A stretch of 64,000 nucleotides of DNA, taken from assembly GCA_963717145.1 (NCBI GenBank), contig OY970325.1, positions 3,840,001 through 3,904,000 of the forward strand, read 5' to 3'. A program made the translations under genes and the position numbers. Under the pieces are notes generated by a model. It worked only from the letters and a program-made list of their open reading frames with translations, was not told where the DNA came from and made no database searches. Positions 10,205-20,841 of this stretch are shown in pieces. Numbering within the stretch: the stretch's first letter is position 1; each line of letters opens with the position of its first letter. Source of the DNA: an uncultured Armatimonadetes bacterium (GTDB lineage: Bacteria > Armatimonadota > UBA5829 > DTJY01).

Positions 10205-11518
10205 ATGAAGAAGTTGGTAATACCCGGCATCATCATCTTGTGCCTGATCGTGCTTATCGCGGGAATCGCCGGTACAGTCAGGTTCGTGCTCACCGGCCGA
10301 TACGACGCGGAGATCGTTGCGATCAAAGCCAGGGGTGAACCGACCACACTCCAGGAATTGATCGGCGACCCGATACCGGACGATCAAAATGCCGCCGTTG
10401 CCTACATGAAGTTGCACGCCGAAATCGAGAGCGGGGCGTACGACAGGGCATTCAGCACCATCCTTGAGATCCAGCCCACTCCTGGGGGCCACCTGGACGC
10501 CAACACCTGGGCACAATGGGAGAAGGCAGTCGCTGAGACTCAGCCTCTGCGTCCACTGATAGATGAAGCGTCGTGCAGATCGGGTTACCGCCCCATAGGT
10601 AACAGGCCCGGTGACCTCGGATATGCATCATACCAGGGGGATTTCTGGCAGATCGGGGATCTGCTCAAACTCAGCGCCCTGGTCAATGCGAGGCGGGGTC
10701 GTATGGCGCAGGCGGCAGGAGATATCCTCACCCAGATCAGAGTCGCTCACTCCATCCGGGACGAACCGTTTCTCCATTATGCTAGGCTTGGCGCGCTCAG
10801 AAACGCAAGCGAGTCGATTCGTGCAGTGATGGAGTTCGGCCACTTGAGCGAGACCGACACTAGGATGATCTTCGATGCTCTCGACGAGATGGACTTCTCC
10901 TCCAGTTACAAGCGCTACTGGGAGGGCCTGAGAGTCCTATTCATGCAGTTCTCAGGGCCCGATTACCTCAAACAGATGGCCGCGTGGGAAGGCACGAAGC
11001 CGGAACACGCCGCAATCCCACTGGGGCATTCACTGTGGGGCCGTCCGTTCGTGCGCGGCGACTTGGCAGCCCTCCTGTCCTATGCGACAGGCCAGGTCAA
11101 CGGCGCAAGTCTCTCCTACGCCCAGGCCAAGGCGAAGGGCTTGCTCCAGTCCCCCATGCACATACCCGTGTATGCCTTCGCGGCAAAGGAACGGATCCCT
11201 GATTCATGGAGATCCGCGATGGGCCGCTACATGTGCGAGGAAAAGGTGGCGCTGGCTCAGGTCTTCCTCGCACTCCAAGCGCACAAGGCGCGGTTCGGCG
11301 GATACCCGGCGTCAATGCAGGAGCTGAAGATCCGGCTCGGATGGAACCTCCCGAAGGACCCGTTCAGCGAGAAGGACTTCATCTACAAGCGGCTGGCGAA
11401 GGGATTCATCCTCTATAGCGTCGGCCCCGACATGACAGACGACGGCGGCCGGGCGATTCCGAAGGGTTCGGTGGACTTAGACACGAAGGGCGACTTCGTC
11501 CTCGAATGGGAGAGGTGA
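10205..11518 (+). CDS. Membrane-anchored hypothetical protein
   Basis: N-terminal TM segment; C-terminal LPKDPFS...FILYSVGPDMTDDGG motif resembling a pseudopilin G C-terminus. Confidence 0.7.
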   Translation: MKKLVIPGIIILCLIVLIAGIAGTVRFVLTGRYDAEIVAIKARGEPTTLQELIGDPIPDDQNAAVAYMKLHAEIESGAYDRAFSTILEIQPTPGGHLDANTWAQWEKAVAETQPLRPLIDEASCRSGYRPIGNRPGDLGYASYQGDFWQIGDLLKLSALVNARRGRMAQAAGDILTQIRVAHSIRDEPFLHYARLGALRNASESIRAVMEFGHLSETDTRMIFDALDEMDFSSSYKRYWEGLRVLFMQFSGPDYLKQMAAWEGTKPEHAAIPLGHSLWGRPFVRGDLAALLSYATGQVNGASLSYAQAKAKGLLQSPMHIPVYAFAAKERIPDSWRSAMGRYMCEEKVALAQVFLALQAHKARFGGYPASMQELKIRLGWNLPKDPFSEKDFIYKRLAKGFILYSVGPDMTDDGGRAIPKGSVDLDTKGDFVLEWER

Positions 11519-11541
11519 CCGGCGCGCGGCACTCTCGGAAG

Positions 11542-11654
11542 TGTTCGGGCCGGAGTTGTACTCCGGCCCGCTTTCATGACACTTCGAGTGTAGTGGCCGT
11601 GCCTCAGTGCCGGCCTGCAACGTCGGAAGGCCGGCACTGAGGCACGGCCACTAC
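11542..11654. repeat. GGAGTTGTACTCC-type palindrome plus GTAG REP doublet between convergent genes
   Basis: GGGCCGGAGTTGTACTCCGGCCC followed by the same arms as 2165..2232. Confidence 0.8.
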
Positions 11655-11664
11655 GGGCGCAACC

Positions 11665-13953
11665 CTACGATCCCACGATCGCGCGGACCTCCGCGTCGGT
11701 GAGCGTATCCCTGCCCTCAGTCCCGATCTCGAGCGCCTGATTGTTCACCATCACCCGCATGTTCCCGAGCCCCTGGTACCGCACGAGTTCGGGGCTCGCC
11801 GCGAGCAGCTTGAAGTGCGCGTCGCTGAACTGCTTGATCTTGACGGTCTTCATGTCCGCGCTCTCCGCCAGGTTGTCGACCCACTGGCTGCCCCGCTGAT
11901 AGAAGGTCCGCGTCCCGATGTTCTGCACTCGGGACACGTTGACTGCCTGGCCCGATTCATCGAAGTACCCTCGGGAGTTCCCGAGCCTCGAACCACCGAT
12001 CTGTCCCTGGGAGTCCATGGGCACTGAGCCCGGCGATGCCTGCACCTGGTTCTGGTTCCTCAGCGCACCAGCGTTCAGGCTCTGCGAGACGCCCCACGAG
12101 CCGGACTCCTCCTCGCGCGCCTTGCCGACCGCCTCGTTACTCCTCCTGACCGCATCCTCGAACGTGACCTGGGGCTCGTCCACGAAATATGAGGTGAACT
12201 CCGTCGGGATGCCCCACTCCTTCGAGAGCCGGACGATCTCCTGGATCAGTTCGTCGTTCCGATGCAGGCGCACCTGGTCGAGCAGGTATCCGATCTTCCG
12301 TGCGGCCCATATCTGCGGGATGAAGTCGCGCTCCGTGTCGTGCGCCGGGAGGTTGACGGTCGTGGTCCACGTCTTGACGCCGTCGGCGGTCTTACCCTTG
12401 AGCGTGAACACCGCCTTGCCCTCCGGAGTACCCGTGATCGACTTGCCGGAGGTGGTGTATTGCCCCAGCACGATCAACTGAGAGCCGTTGAACAGCGCGG
12501 GTATCGGGTTCTGGGGGAGCATGTAGTAGATCTCGACCTCCCGCATCGTGGCGTTTGGTGCCGGTTTCGCCGTGATCTCGATATCGGTCAGCACCGGCGC
12601 GCTGATCCCCGCGAAGAAGGTGGAGACCGAAGCCTCGATGTTCTCGTTCGGCAGCACATAGGACGACGTTCCGCCGCTCTGCTCCCCGAGCAGGTCGAGC
12701 AGATGCGCGTTCACATCGTAGCCGACCCCGAAGCCGAATACCCTGGCCTTGGAGCCGTTGACCTCTTTCGCGTTACTGAGAATCTTCTCTATGTTCTGCT
12801 CGCCGACCGTCGGCAGGCCGTCGGTGAGAAACACGATGTAGTTCCGCGTCTGGCCATACTGACGGAACTGCGCAAGCGCCGCCTTGAGCGCGCTATTGAT
12901 GTTCGTGCCTCCGGTGGCATCGATCCGGTCGACCGCGGCCAATGCCTTCTTCAGGCGTTCCTTGGTCGGCTTCTCGAGTTCGGCGAAGAGCGTCTCCTGC
13001 GATTCATTGAACGTGATCAGGTTGAACTGGTCCTCGGGCTTGAGCGAGTTCAAGCAGTACTTGAGCGCCGCCTTGGCCTGCACGATCTTATCGCCGGCCA
13101 TGCTGCCGGTCCGATCGAGTACGAAGACTATGTTCTTCGGGATGATCTTGCTCTCGGCGATCTTCGGGCTGGCGAGGAGCATGAAGTAGCCCTTCCCGCC
13201 CTTCTCGCGGAATGTGAGCACGTCGAGCGCCATCTCGCCCGCGGCCTGGCTGTAGTAGAGCACGAGGTCCTGATCGGGCTTGATGTTCTTCGCGGTCCAG
13301 TTGACGACCGCCTCCCGCGAGTCCGACTGCTCGACCTTGACGATGTGCGACGGCGAGTAGATGTTGCTGATCGGCGTCGCTGACTTCAGGCGGATTGTGA
13401 CCCGCACGTCGTCGAGCGGCTTGGCGGAGAACTTCTCAGTGCTCAGAGGGTAGACGTACCGGCAGACGCTCCCCGTCTTCGGGATGACTTCGGTGTACTC
13501 GAGCCGGATTCGCGTGTCACCATTCGGCGGGATCGGGTAGACCCTCGCGCGGAAGGTGTTCCGGTCCATGTACTCGAGCAGCGCGGGGTCCTTCCTCTGC
13601 CGCACGATCGACTCGTAGAGCTTGCGCGCCTCGTCGCGGTCGAGGATCTTGCCCTCGTGCTCCTTCTCGCCGACGAACATCGAGAACTTGTGGATCGCCG
13701 CGCCTTTGGGGAGCGGGAAGATGTACGTCCCCTCCTCCTGGCGGCTCGTCTCGTTGTGGAAGATCTGGTCCACCTTGGTGGTCGCCGCCTGGCCGTCGAT
13801 GAAGACATCGACGTGGTGGTACTTCACGGAGAAGACATTCTGCTCCGGTTGGTGGACCGGCACCATGAACCCGTCCGCCTGCGCTGAGACAGCGATCGCG
13901 CAGAGTGCGGCGAGGATGACGCCCGTTCTGAAAAGCTGTGTTTGTCTATGCAT
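11665..13953 (-). CDS. Secreted VIT + von Willebrand factor A domain protein
   Basis: Signal peptide; VIT region (EGTYIFPLP, DPALLEY); MIDAS-like VFVLDRTGSM and FLTDGLPT. Confidence 0.88.
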   Translation of the reverse strand: MHRQTQLFRTGVILAALCAIAVSAQADGFMVPVHQPEQNVFSVKYHHVDVFIDGQAATTKVDQIFHNETSRQEEGTYIFPLPKGAAIHKFSMFVGEKEHEGKILDRDEARKLYESIVRQRKDPALLEYMDRNTFRARVYPIPPNGDTRIRLEYTEVIPKTGSVCRYVYPLSTEKFSAKPLDDVRVTIRLKSATPISNIYSPSHIVKVEQSDSREAVVNWTAKNIKPDQDLVLYYSQAAGEMALDVLTFREKGGKGYFMLLASPKIAESKIIPKNIVFVLDRTGSMAGDKIVQAKAALKYCLNSLKPEDQFNLITFNESQETLFAELEKPTKERLKKALAAVDRIDATGGTNINSALKAALAQFRQYGQTRNYIVFLTDGLPTVGEQNIEKILSNAKEVNGSKARVFGFGVGYDVNAHLLDLLGEQSGGTSSYVLPNENIEASVSTFFAGISAPVLTDIEITAKPAPNATMREVEIYYMLPQNPIPALFNGSQLIVLGQYTTSGKSITGTPEGKAVFTLKGKTADGVKTWTTTVNLPAHDTERDFIPQIWAARKIGYLLDQVRLHRNDELIQEIVRLSKEWGIPTEFTSYFVDEPQVTFEDAVRRSNEAVGKAREEESGSWGVSQSLNAGALRNQNQVQASPGSVPMDSQGQIGGSRLGNSRGYFDESGQAVNVSRVQNIGTRTFYQRGSQWVDNLAESADMKTVKIKQFSDAHFKLLAASPELVRYQGLGNMRVMVNNQALEIGTEGRDTLTDAEVRAIVGS

Positions 13954-14044
13954 GGAAATCGCCTCCTGAGAGCCCGGCTTGGCTTTCTACCCTCTTTAGA
14001 CACGCCTTCGGCGCGGAACCTTCACAATCCAACTCAGCCCCGTA

Positions 14045-14170
14045 ACACGTCACCCTGAACCGCACACGTCACCCTGAACCGCACACGTCACCCTGAACCG
14101 CACACGTCACCCTGAACTCGGTTCAGGGTCTACCGCCGAGGATGGATGCTGAACCAAGTTCAGCATGACG
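14045..14170. repeat. CGTC-type REP doublet with a tandemly amplified 19-bp left part
   Basis: ACACGTCACCCTGAACCGC x3, then CGTCACCCTGAACTCGGTTCAGGGTC...GATGCTGAACCAAGTTCAGCATGACG. Confidence 0.8.
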
Positions 14171-14203
14171 ACCGCGCGACGCGGAACCTTCACAAAGGAC
14201 TAC

Positions 14204-14282
14204 CGACAACGAATACCGAACGAATAGACGAATGCGCTGCCGGCGGCCGTCAATTCGTTTATTCGTTCGGTATTCGTTGTCG
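14204..14282. repeat. Inverted array of ACGAAT-containing short repeats
   Basis: CGACAACGAATACCGAACGAATAGACGAAT / ATTCGTTTATTCGTTCGGTATTCGTTGTCG. Confidence 0.75.
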
Positions 14283-14468
14283 ATGAGCGTGGGCTGAGCT
14301 GGATTCTACTGATGTCAAAACATCCGAAGCGGGGCAAATCGAGCCTGAAATCCCACGCGAGTCACCGGCGTCGGAGGCGTTCCGGCGGCGACCGGGGCTT
14401 CGGCGAGGCAATCGCGCGCGCCACCGGTGAATCAGGACACGTGAGGGGCTACTAGGAAGGTACCCGGA

Positions 14469-15821
14469 ATGCGAGCAGCGGAATCCGAGAACCTCGAATA
14501 CAAGACATCCCTGAGCGAAGAGAAGGACGCAGTCGTGTCGATCGCGGCGTTTGCGACCGCAGGCGGCGGCACGATCGTTTTCGGACTTGACCCGTCCGGC
14601 CAACCAGTCGGTGTGACCATCGGCGCAAACACGTTGGAGAACCTTGCCAACATCATCAAACGCAACACCGATCCCCCTCAGTTCCCCAGCATTTCGGAGC
14701 ATGTACAGGACGGCAAGACCATCATCCAGGTCGAAGTGTACAAGAGCCCCGAAGTCCCCGTGTTCGCCTATGGCCGTCCGTACAAGCGCGTCGGAAGGAC
14801 CAATCAGCGCTTGTCCAGCGTAGAGGTCAAGCGACTATCCGTGGAAAGCCAGGGCATGACTTGGGATATGCTGCCGTGCGCAGCCGCGACCGAAGCAGAT
14901 ATCGCCCCTGAACTGGTCAAGCAGTACGTGGACGACGTCGACCATGTGCGTGGACTTCGATTCCCAGAGACCCTATCCACACATGACGTACTCAGCAAGT
15001 TGCGCTTGCTCGAAGGTGACACCGTTACAAGGGCGGCAATCTTGCTGTTCGGCAAGGATCCCCAGGGGTTCCTACCCCAATCGGCGTTAAGGTGTGCTCG
15101 GTTTCGTGGAGTTGATAATCAAGATTTCCTGGACATGAAGGTCTTTGCGGGCAGCTTGTCCTCCCTTATCACGGAAGGAATGCTCTTTGTAGAGCGACAC
15201 ACTTCTACTGCAGTGGAGATCTCAGGCTGGAGACCGGATCGCGTAGAGAAGGGCGAGTATCCCGCAGAAGCCATACGTGAGGCACTGGTGAATGCGATCT
15301 GTCATCGTGATTACGCCGACACCGGGAACGTGCAGGTCCGCATCTTCGACGATCGGTTGGAAGTGTGGAATCCCGGCATTCTGCCTGAAGGATGGGATGT
15401 CGGCCTCTTGCGGCAGAGTCATCCCTCGAAGCCCAGGAACTTGAGGATTGCCGATTGCCTGTATCGTGTCGGCATCATTGAGCAGTGGGGCACCGGCACC
15501 CAGCGTATGATCAGAGAGTGCGTAGAGAACGGCTTGCCTGAGCCGGAGTTTGAAGAGAGTGGCGGTTTCTTCGTAGTGCGTTTCTCCAAGGCAGTTTCGC
15601 CTGTTCCGTCAGACACGTCTGGTATCAAAGAGCGTCAGGCACGGGCTCTGGCGTTGATGGCGAGGCAAGGTTCCATCTCGCGATCCGAGTACGCCGTGTT
15701 GAATGCGGTCACGGTAAGGACCGCCAGCAGCGATCTGAGGGATCTGGTCGACAGAGGGATGATCGCACCACTGGGTAAGGCAAGGGGACGATCCATGCGC
15801 TATAGCGCTGGGGATGGGTAG
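14469..15821 (+). CDS. AlbA_2 (Schlafen-like) + HATPase_c_4/RecG-C-like + winged-HTH protein
   Basis: ESENLEYKTS, AFATAGGGTIVFG, REALVNAICHRDY, PRNLRIA and EQWGTG motifs; C-terminal HTH (RTASSDLRDL). Confidence 0.85.
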   Translation: MRAAESENLEYKTSLSEEKDAVVSIAAFATAGGGTIVFGLDPSGQPVGVTIGANTLENLANIIKRNTDPPQFPSISEHVQDGKTIIQVEVYKSPEVPVFAYGRPYKRVGRTNQRLSSVEVKRLSVESQGMTWDMLPCAAATEADIAPELVKQYVDDVDHVRGLRFPETLSTHDVLSKLRLLEGDTVTRAAILLFGKDPQGFLPQSALRCARFRGVDNQDFLDMKVFAGSLSSLITEGMLFVERHTSTAVEISGWRPDRVEKGEYPAEAIREALVNAICHRDYADTGNVQVRIFDDRLEVWNPGILPEGWDVGLLRQSHPSKPRNLRIADCLYRVGIIEQWGTGTQRMIRECVENGLPEPEFEESGGFFVVRFSKAVSPVPSDTSGIKERQARALALMARQGSISRSEYAVLNAVTVRTASSDLRDLVDRGMIAPLGKARGRSMRYSAGDG

Positions 15822-16047
15822 ACTTGCCATGTCTGTCCTTTCCTGATTGTTTCCTGATTGTTTCCCGATTATTTCCCGATTGTATCTCGTTTCCTCTGTT
15901 GTCGCCATCAGTAGTGCCCCCTGCTGGCATCAGCTCGATGTCCATATTGTGTCCCGTTATGTCCTGTTGGTGTCCCGTTTACTCCCTGCTCTCGCGCTCT
16001 TGCCCAATCCCCCTGCGCATGGTATCCTGAGAGCGGAGGAGCGCCAG

Positions 16048-16752
16048 ATGTCCAATCAGCCAGACTGGAAGTACAATGAGTTCAAGCAGATCGGCACTGA
16101 CTACGACTCCATCGCCGAAGTCGAGGCCTACGATCGGCGCATGCAGAGCCTGCGCGATGTGGCCCAGGAGACTGAGAGCATCCTAGCAGCCCTGGGCGTC
16201 AGGCCGGAGAGCACCATCCTGGAGATCGGATGCGGCACGGGTGAATTCGCCATCCGGGCGGCGGCCCGGTGCGCCAAGGTCTATGCCGTGGACATATCCG
16301 AGATGATGCTCGAATACGCTCGGCAGAAAGCAGATGCCAGAGGAGTGAGCAACATCGAATTCAGGAGGGCAGGATTCCTCACTTTCGAGTGCGAGCCGGT
16401 AGACGCCGTGGTGACCCAGCTCGCGTTGCACCACCTTCCGGACTACTGGAAGGCGGTCGCCCTCCGCAGGGTACACGATGCGCTGAAGGACGGCGGCAAG
16501 CTCTTCCTCAGGGATGTCGTCTTCCCGGGGGACGTTCGCAATCATGGTGACGTCTTCAGAGAGTGGATAGCCAGTGCCCAGGCGAAGGCCGGGGATACCA
16601 TTGGCCGTGAGATAGAGGCCCACATCCGGGATGAGTACTCGACCCTTGACTGGATCATGGAGGGCCTGCTGAAGACCTCGGGGTTTTCCATCATCAGCAT
16701 AGATGGTTCAAAGGGGCTCTTCACGACCTATGTCTGCGCGAAAAACGATTAG
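16048..16752 (+). CDS. Class I SAM-dependent methyltransferase
   Basis: ILEIGCGTG, AVDISEMML and ALHHLPD motifs; GGAGGAG RBS; TTGCCC-17-TATCCT promoter at 16000..16028. Confidence 0.88.
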   Translation: MSNQPDWKYNEFKQIGTDYDSIAEVEAYDRRMQSLRDVAQETESILAALGVRPESTILEIGCGTGEFAIRAAARCAKVYAVDISEMMLEYARQKADARGVSNIEFRRAGFLTFECEPVDAVVTQLALHHLPDYWKAVALRRVHDALKDGGKLFLRDVVFPGDVRNHGDVFREWIASAQAKAGDTIGREIEAHIRDEYSTLDWIMEGLLKTSGFSIISIDGSKGLFTTYVCAKND

Positions 16753-16763
16753 GGAGGATACCT

Positions 16764-18012
16764 ATGTTCAAGATGATTGCCTTGCTTCTGCTGTTCGCAC
16801 TACCATTGACCGCCGCCGATGTGCCGAAGAGCGTCTCGGCGAAAGATTTCGGCGCGAAGGGCGATGGGGTCGCCGATGACACCGCCGCGATCCAGAAGGC
16901 GCTCGACTCGGTTGCGCCCGGTGGCGGAGTCGCGCATCTCGCGGCCGGATCATACCGGATCACGGATTCACTGAAGGTCCCACAGGGAGTCACGCTCCTC
17001 GGCGAGGGAGCGAGATGGGAAGGCGGCGCGACCCAGCTCGTCATCGAGAAGCCGGGGTTCGTGGGAGTGAAGCTCGGGCACGCGGCTCGGCGTCAAGGGC
17101 TTGGCGATCCTCTACCCGAACAACGCCGACAACGCCAATCCGACGCCCTATCCACCCGCGATCGAATGCGGCGGCATCAACCCCTCGGTCGAGAACATCG
17201 CCTTCGGCAACGCGTGGATCGGCGTCTCGACCCCTCCCGGCGGCGGGAACGCGGGCCAGGGGATGTTTCGCGACCTAACCGGCTTCGTGCATCACGTGGG
17301 TATCCACCTCTCCGGCTGCCGGGACGTCAACCGCATCCTGGACGTCCACTGGTTCGTCGGCGGCAAGGACACGCCCGGCACGCAGTCGTACTACCGCAAG
17401 AACCGCGTCGGCTTCGAGTTCGGCGATGTCGATGGCGTCCTGATGGACCGCTGCTTCATCATCGGCGGCAAGACGTTCCTCCACCAGTTGCCGCTGAAGG
17501 ACACGCCGGACGGATCGAAGGCGGGCGCGCACTCGCTCGGCTTCCAGATCGATGAGTGCTGGATCGAGGATGTCGACAACGGCTTCATCTTCGAGGGCGC
17601 ATGCGGATTCACGATCAACAGCTCGAACATCCTTGTCCGGGAGAACGGCTTCGGGGTGAAGGTAAATGCGAACAGCCTGTTCTACAACGCGGTTATCGAG
17701 GGAGTTCAGGTGCGAGGATTCGGGAAGCCGTTCACCGGCTTCGAGTTCAACTGCTCGAACCCGCATCCGCGCAACCGCCTCGTGATCGCCGACTCCCAGG
17801 TGACGGACGGCGCGCCATCGGTGCATCTCATGGCCGGCTCGCAGAGGGCGCAGCTCCACGACAACGACCTCACCGGCGTCGAAGGCCATCCCGCTGTTCT
17901 GATCGACAAGGGCGCGGACCTCTTCACGATCACGAACAACATCCTCAGCGGCAAGATCGAGGACAACTCGGAGACGACGAAGAAGACGATCAGCGGGAAC
18001 GTGGAGGAATAG
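16764..18012 (+). CDS. Secreted right-handed beta-helix (Pectate_lyase_3-like) protein, one frameshift near 17085
   Basis: Signal peptide; DFGAKGDGVADDTAAIQKALD motif; continues in ORF 17101..18012. Confidence 0.8.
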
Positions 18013-18041
18013 GATGCCGTAAACAGTGTGGGAGGTGACCC

Positions 18042-18533
18042 ATGAGCAGCATCAAACGCTTCGCGAAGATAAGCTACCCATACGTGCTGCTTGCACTGGC
18101 AATGCACGTGGGAGCGATCATTCTCTGCTGCGTTAGGTTCGATAGCCTGGATCTGAGGACATTCCTACTATACGCTGGGACCTGGACGTTGGCGCTGATT
18201 GTTATTGCGATCCGGCGGTTCAAGCTATGGAAAGCGGTGATCTATCTTCTCCTGCTCGTCTCTGTCTACTTCGTCTGGACGGATCCTTACAACCCTCGCA
18301 GCCCGTTCCTAGCCGACCTGAACAGCATCAAGCCCGGCATGACTGTCGCTCAGGTGGAAGGCATGATGAAGTCCTACCGAGCATGGGGCGGCGAGTCGCG
18401 GGGGGCCACGCGGGTGATTGTCTATACCCACCGAAACCTGTCCGGATGGCGACAGAATTCGTACGGTGGCGATCTCGGTAGTGTGGTGTTCAAGAATGGC
18501 GAGGTCGCGAGAGTAGAATTCAGCCCCGACTAG
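18042..18533 (+). CDS. Membrane protein (3 TM) with a small soluble C-terminal domain
   Basis: GGAGGT RBS; three hydrophobic segments; IKPGMTVAQVE motif. Confidence 0.65.
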   Translation: MSSIKRFAKISYPYVLLALAMHVGAIILCCVRFDSLDLRTFLLYAGTWTLALIVIAIRRFKLWKAVIYLLLLVSVYFVWTDPYNPRSPFLADLNSIKPGMTVAQVEGMMKSYRAWGGESRGATRVIVYTHRNLSGWRQNSYGGDLGSVVFKNGEVARVEFSPD

Positions 18534-19014
18534 TGTCCAGCTGGATACGCCTCAGTCGCTCCAGCAGTTCGGCCTTGCCGATCCGGTAGCGCCAGCCGCG
18601 CTCGGTCTCGCCGCAGACTGTGAACCCCATCTTGAGCACCAGCTCCGGGGAGAAGGGGTTGCGCTTGTTCGCGTAGGTCAGCACGGTGTCACATGGAATG
18701 CGCTCGATCTCGCTCAGGAATTTCGCCAACAGCCGGCGGAAGGTGACGCCGTTCCCTCGTGATTCCGCCTCAATCTGCATCTCGTCGATGCTGATCGTTC
18801 CCACACGTTCATCGACCGAGTAGAGCATGAACCCTCTCAGCCGATCACCCTCCTGAACGATCACGTGGCGGATGTCCTCATCCCGAATACGTCGCTTCCA
18901 CGCGCTCATCCACTCGTAGCACATATCGTCATATGCGCCCGGCAGAGGAACTATCTGCTGCATGTTGGCATGGAGCAGCACGTACATGCGGCTGAGGGTA
19001 TGTTCGTCGCGCAT
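18520..19014 (-). CDS. GNAT-like acetyltransferase
   Basis: LRGFMLYS, IDEMQIEAESRGNG and N...LVLKMGF GNAT-like pattern. Confidence 0.65.
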   Translation of the reverse strand: MRDEHTLSRMYVLLHANMQQIVPLPGAYDDMCYEWMSAWKRRIRDEDIRHVIVQEGDRLRGFMLYSVDERVGTISIDEMQIEAESRGNGVTFRRLLAKFLSEIERIPCDTVLTYANKRNPFSPELVLKMGFTVCGETERGWRYRIGKAELLERLRRIQLDTSRG

Positions 19015-19028
19015 GGAAAGCCTTCGAG

Positions 19029-19078
19029 AGGAGTATGGGGTTGGGAGACGCCCATACTCCCACACCCCCATACTCCCT
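19029..19078. repeat. Inverted GGGAGTAT/ATACTCCC octamer array
   Basis: Same unit as 43372..43450. Confidence 0.7.
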
Positions 19079-19085
19079 TACTCTG

Positions 19086-20399
19086 CTAGAGCTTCCAGCC
19101 CTTGCGATACGGCATGTTGATGAACTCGTCTGCCTTCGGGCAGCCGATCGCCCGCATGGCCTTCGAATCCCAGTAGATCGGCTCGCCGACCAGGACCGCC
19201 AGGTTGCCGAGCAGCGCGAACTCCGTCAGCGCGGACGCGTAGTCGAAATTCGACATCGCCGGCTCTCCACCCCTGCACGCGCGCAGCCACTCCGTATAGT
19301 GACCCGGCGAGCGGGGGAGCGTCGGAACGGGCTTCTTGTAACCATCGTACTTCGCGGCCGGCAGCAGCTCGTAGCGGGATCCGTAGTCATCCGGCGTGTA
19401 CAGGTAGCCCTCGTCGCCGATGATCACACAGCCGCTTCCCGGCATATCGCGACCCGGAAGGACACGGGAGGGTGGCTTCATGCCGCCGTCATACCAGGTC
19501 AACCGGTATGGCTGGAGCGCATTCGCGTGTGGGAACGTGTAGCGCACGACCGACTTGTTTGGATAGGCTTCGGCCGTCTTCCCCTGAACTTCCGCCTCGA
19601 CAGAGATCGGGTTGCTGAGATCGAGGGCCATGAACGGCATATTCATCGTATGGCAGCCCATGTCCCCGATCGCGCCGCATCCAAAATCGACCCATCCACG
19701 CCAGTTGAACGGCAGGTACGTGGGATTGTACGGCCGCACGGGCGCCGGGCCGAGCCAGACGTCCCAATCGAGGTCCTTCGGGATCGGCGGGGTCTCGGTT
19801 GGGCGGTTCATCCCCTGAGGCCACACGGGCCGGTTCGACCAGATGTGTACCTCGCGGATGTTCCCGAGTGCGCCTGCCTTGATGACCTCGACCGCCTCCC
19901 GCAGACCGCTCTCGGCCGTGCCCTGGTTGCCCATCTGCGTGGCGACCTTGTATTTGCGCGCGGTGTCGCGCATCAGCCGCGCCTCATAGAGTGTGTGGGT
20001 GAGCGGCTTCTGGCAGAAGCAGTGCTTGCCCATGCGCATCGCGGTCACGGCGGCGATCGCATGGAAGTGGTCCGGCGTGCTGACGGTCACGGCGTCGATC
20101 TGGTCGCCCATCTCGTCGAACATCACGCGGAAATCGTGGTACCGCTTGGCATTCGGCCAGTCGCGAAACGCATCGCCGGCGCGCCCGAAATCGGCGTCGC
20201 ACAGCGCCACGATGTTCTCGCCGGCCTGGGCGCACGGGCCGATGTCACTGTGGCCCTTGCCACCGCAGCCGATCCCGGCGACGTTCAGCTTCTCGTTGGC
20301 CTCATAGGCGAAAGCCGTCCGGCTATTGGTCAGAAACAGAATGCCCAACCCGCCGGCCGCGGCGCCTTTCAGGAAATCCCTACGTGTAGTTCCAGACAT
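19086..20399 (-). CDS. Tat-exported Gfo/Idh/MocA oxidoreductase
   Basis: TRRDFLK twin-arginine signal; GIGCGGKG, STPDHFH and QKPLT motifs. Confidence 0.9.
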   Translation of the reverse strand: MSGTTRRDFLKGAAAGGLGILFLTNSRTAFAYEANEKLNVAGIGCGGKGHSDIGPCAQAGENIVALCDADFGRAGDAFRDWPNAKRYHDFRVMFDEMGDQIDAVTVSTPDHFHAIAAVTAMRMGKHCFCQKPLTHTLYEARLMRDTARKYKVATQMGNQGTAESGLREAVEVIKAGALGNIREVHIWSNRPVWPQGMNRPTETPPIPKDLDWDVWLGPAPVRPYNPTYLPFNWRGWVDFGCGAIGDMGCHTMNMPFMALDLSNPISVEAEVQGKTAEAYPNKSVVRYTFPHANALQPYRLTWYDGGMKPPSRVLPGRDMPGSGCVIIGDEGYLYTPDDYGSRYELLPAAKYDGYKKPVPTLPRSPGHYTEWLRACRGGEPAMSNFDYASALTEFALLGNLAVLVGEPIYWDSKAMRAIGCPKADEFINMPYRKGWKL

Positions 20400-20595
20400 G
20401 TCAACCCTCCGTAGTTACATCTCCGCACCCGGCGTCTCCACCGGCTCACAGGAGCATTCCATGCGAGGGCAGGGGACTCCTGCTTGGGAGAATGGTTGAT
20501 GGTTCATGGTTGATGGCTGATGGGGAATGGGAGGGCGAGGCTCCGTCCGAGCCGCGGGCAGACCGTAGGGGCCGTGCCTCTGTGCCGGCCCGATC

Positions 20596-20841
20596 TCACC
20601 GATCTCGGCCCTCACGGATATCCTCCAGCGAGTCCGGTCCGGACGAGGGTTCCAATGTTGCACGCCGTCGAGCCATGTTGTCCAGAGCTTGCAACCTCTG
20701 TTCCCGAAGCTCTTCATGCTTCAGCGCCTCCTCGATGAGCACAATCACCTGTGCGCTCAACGACCGGTGATTCGCCTTCGCGAGGTCGCGGAGCTTCTCG
20801 TAGAGATCGTCAGGGAAATTCCGAACATATAGCGTCGCCAT
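20596..20841 (-). CDS. Arc/FitA-like ribbon-helix-helix protein (antitoxin-like)
   Basis: MATLYVRNFPDDLYEKLRDLAKANHRSLSAQV; own promoter TTGCGT-17-TATAAT at 20865..20893. Confidence 0.8.
   Translation of the reverse strand: MATLYVRNFPDDLYEKLRDLAKANHRSLSAQVIVLIEEALKHEELREQRLQALDNMARRRATLEPSSGPDSLEDIREGRDR

Noticed and set aside
14045-14120. 19-bp repeats as a CRISPR array
   Set aside because: Head-to-tail tandem copies with no spacers, and no cas genes in the window.
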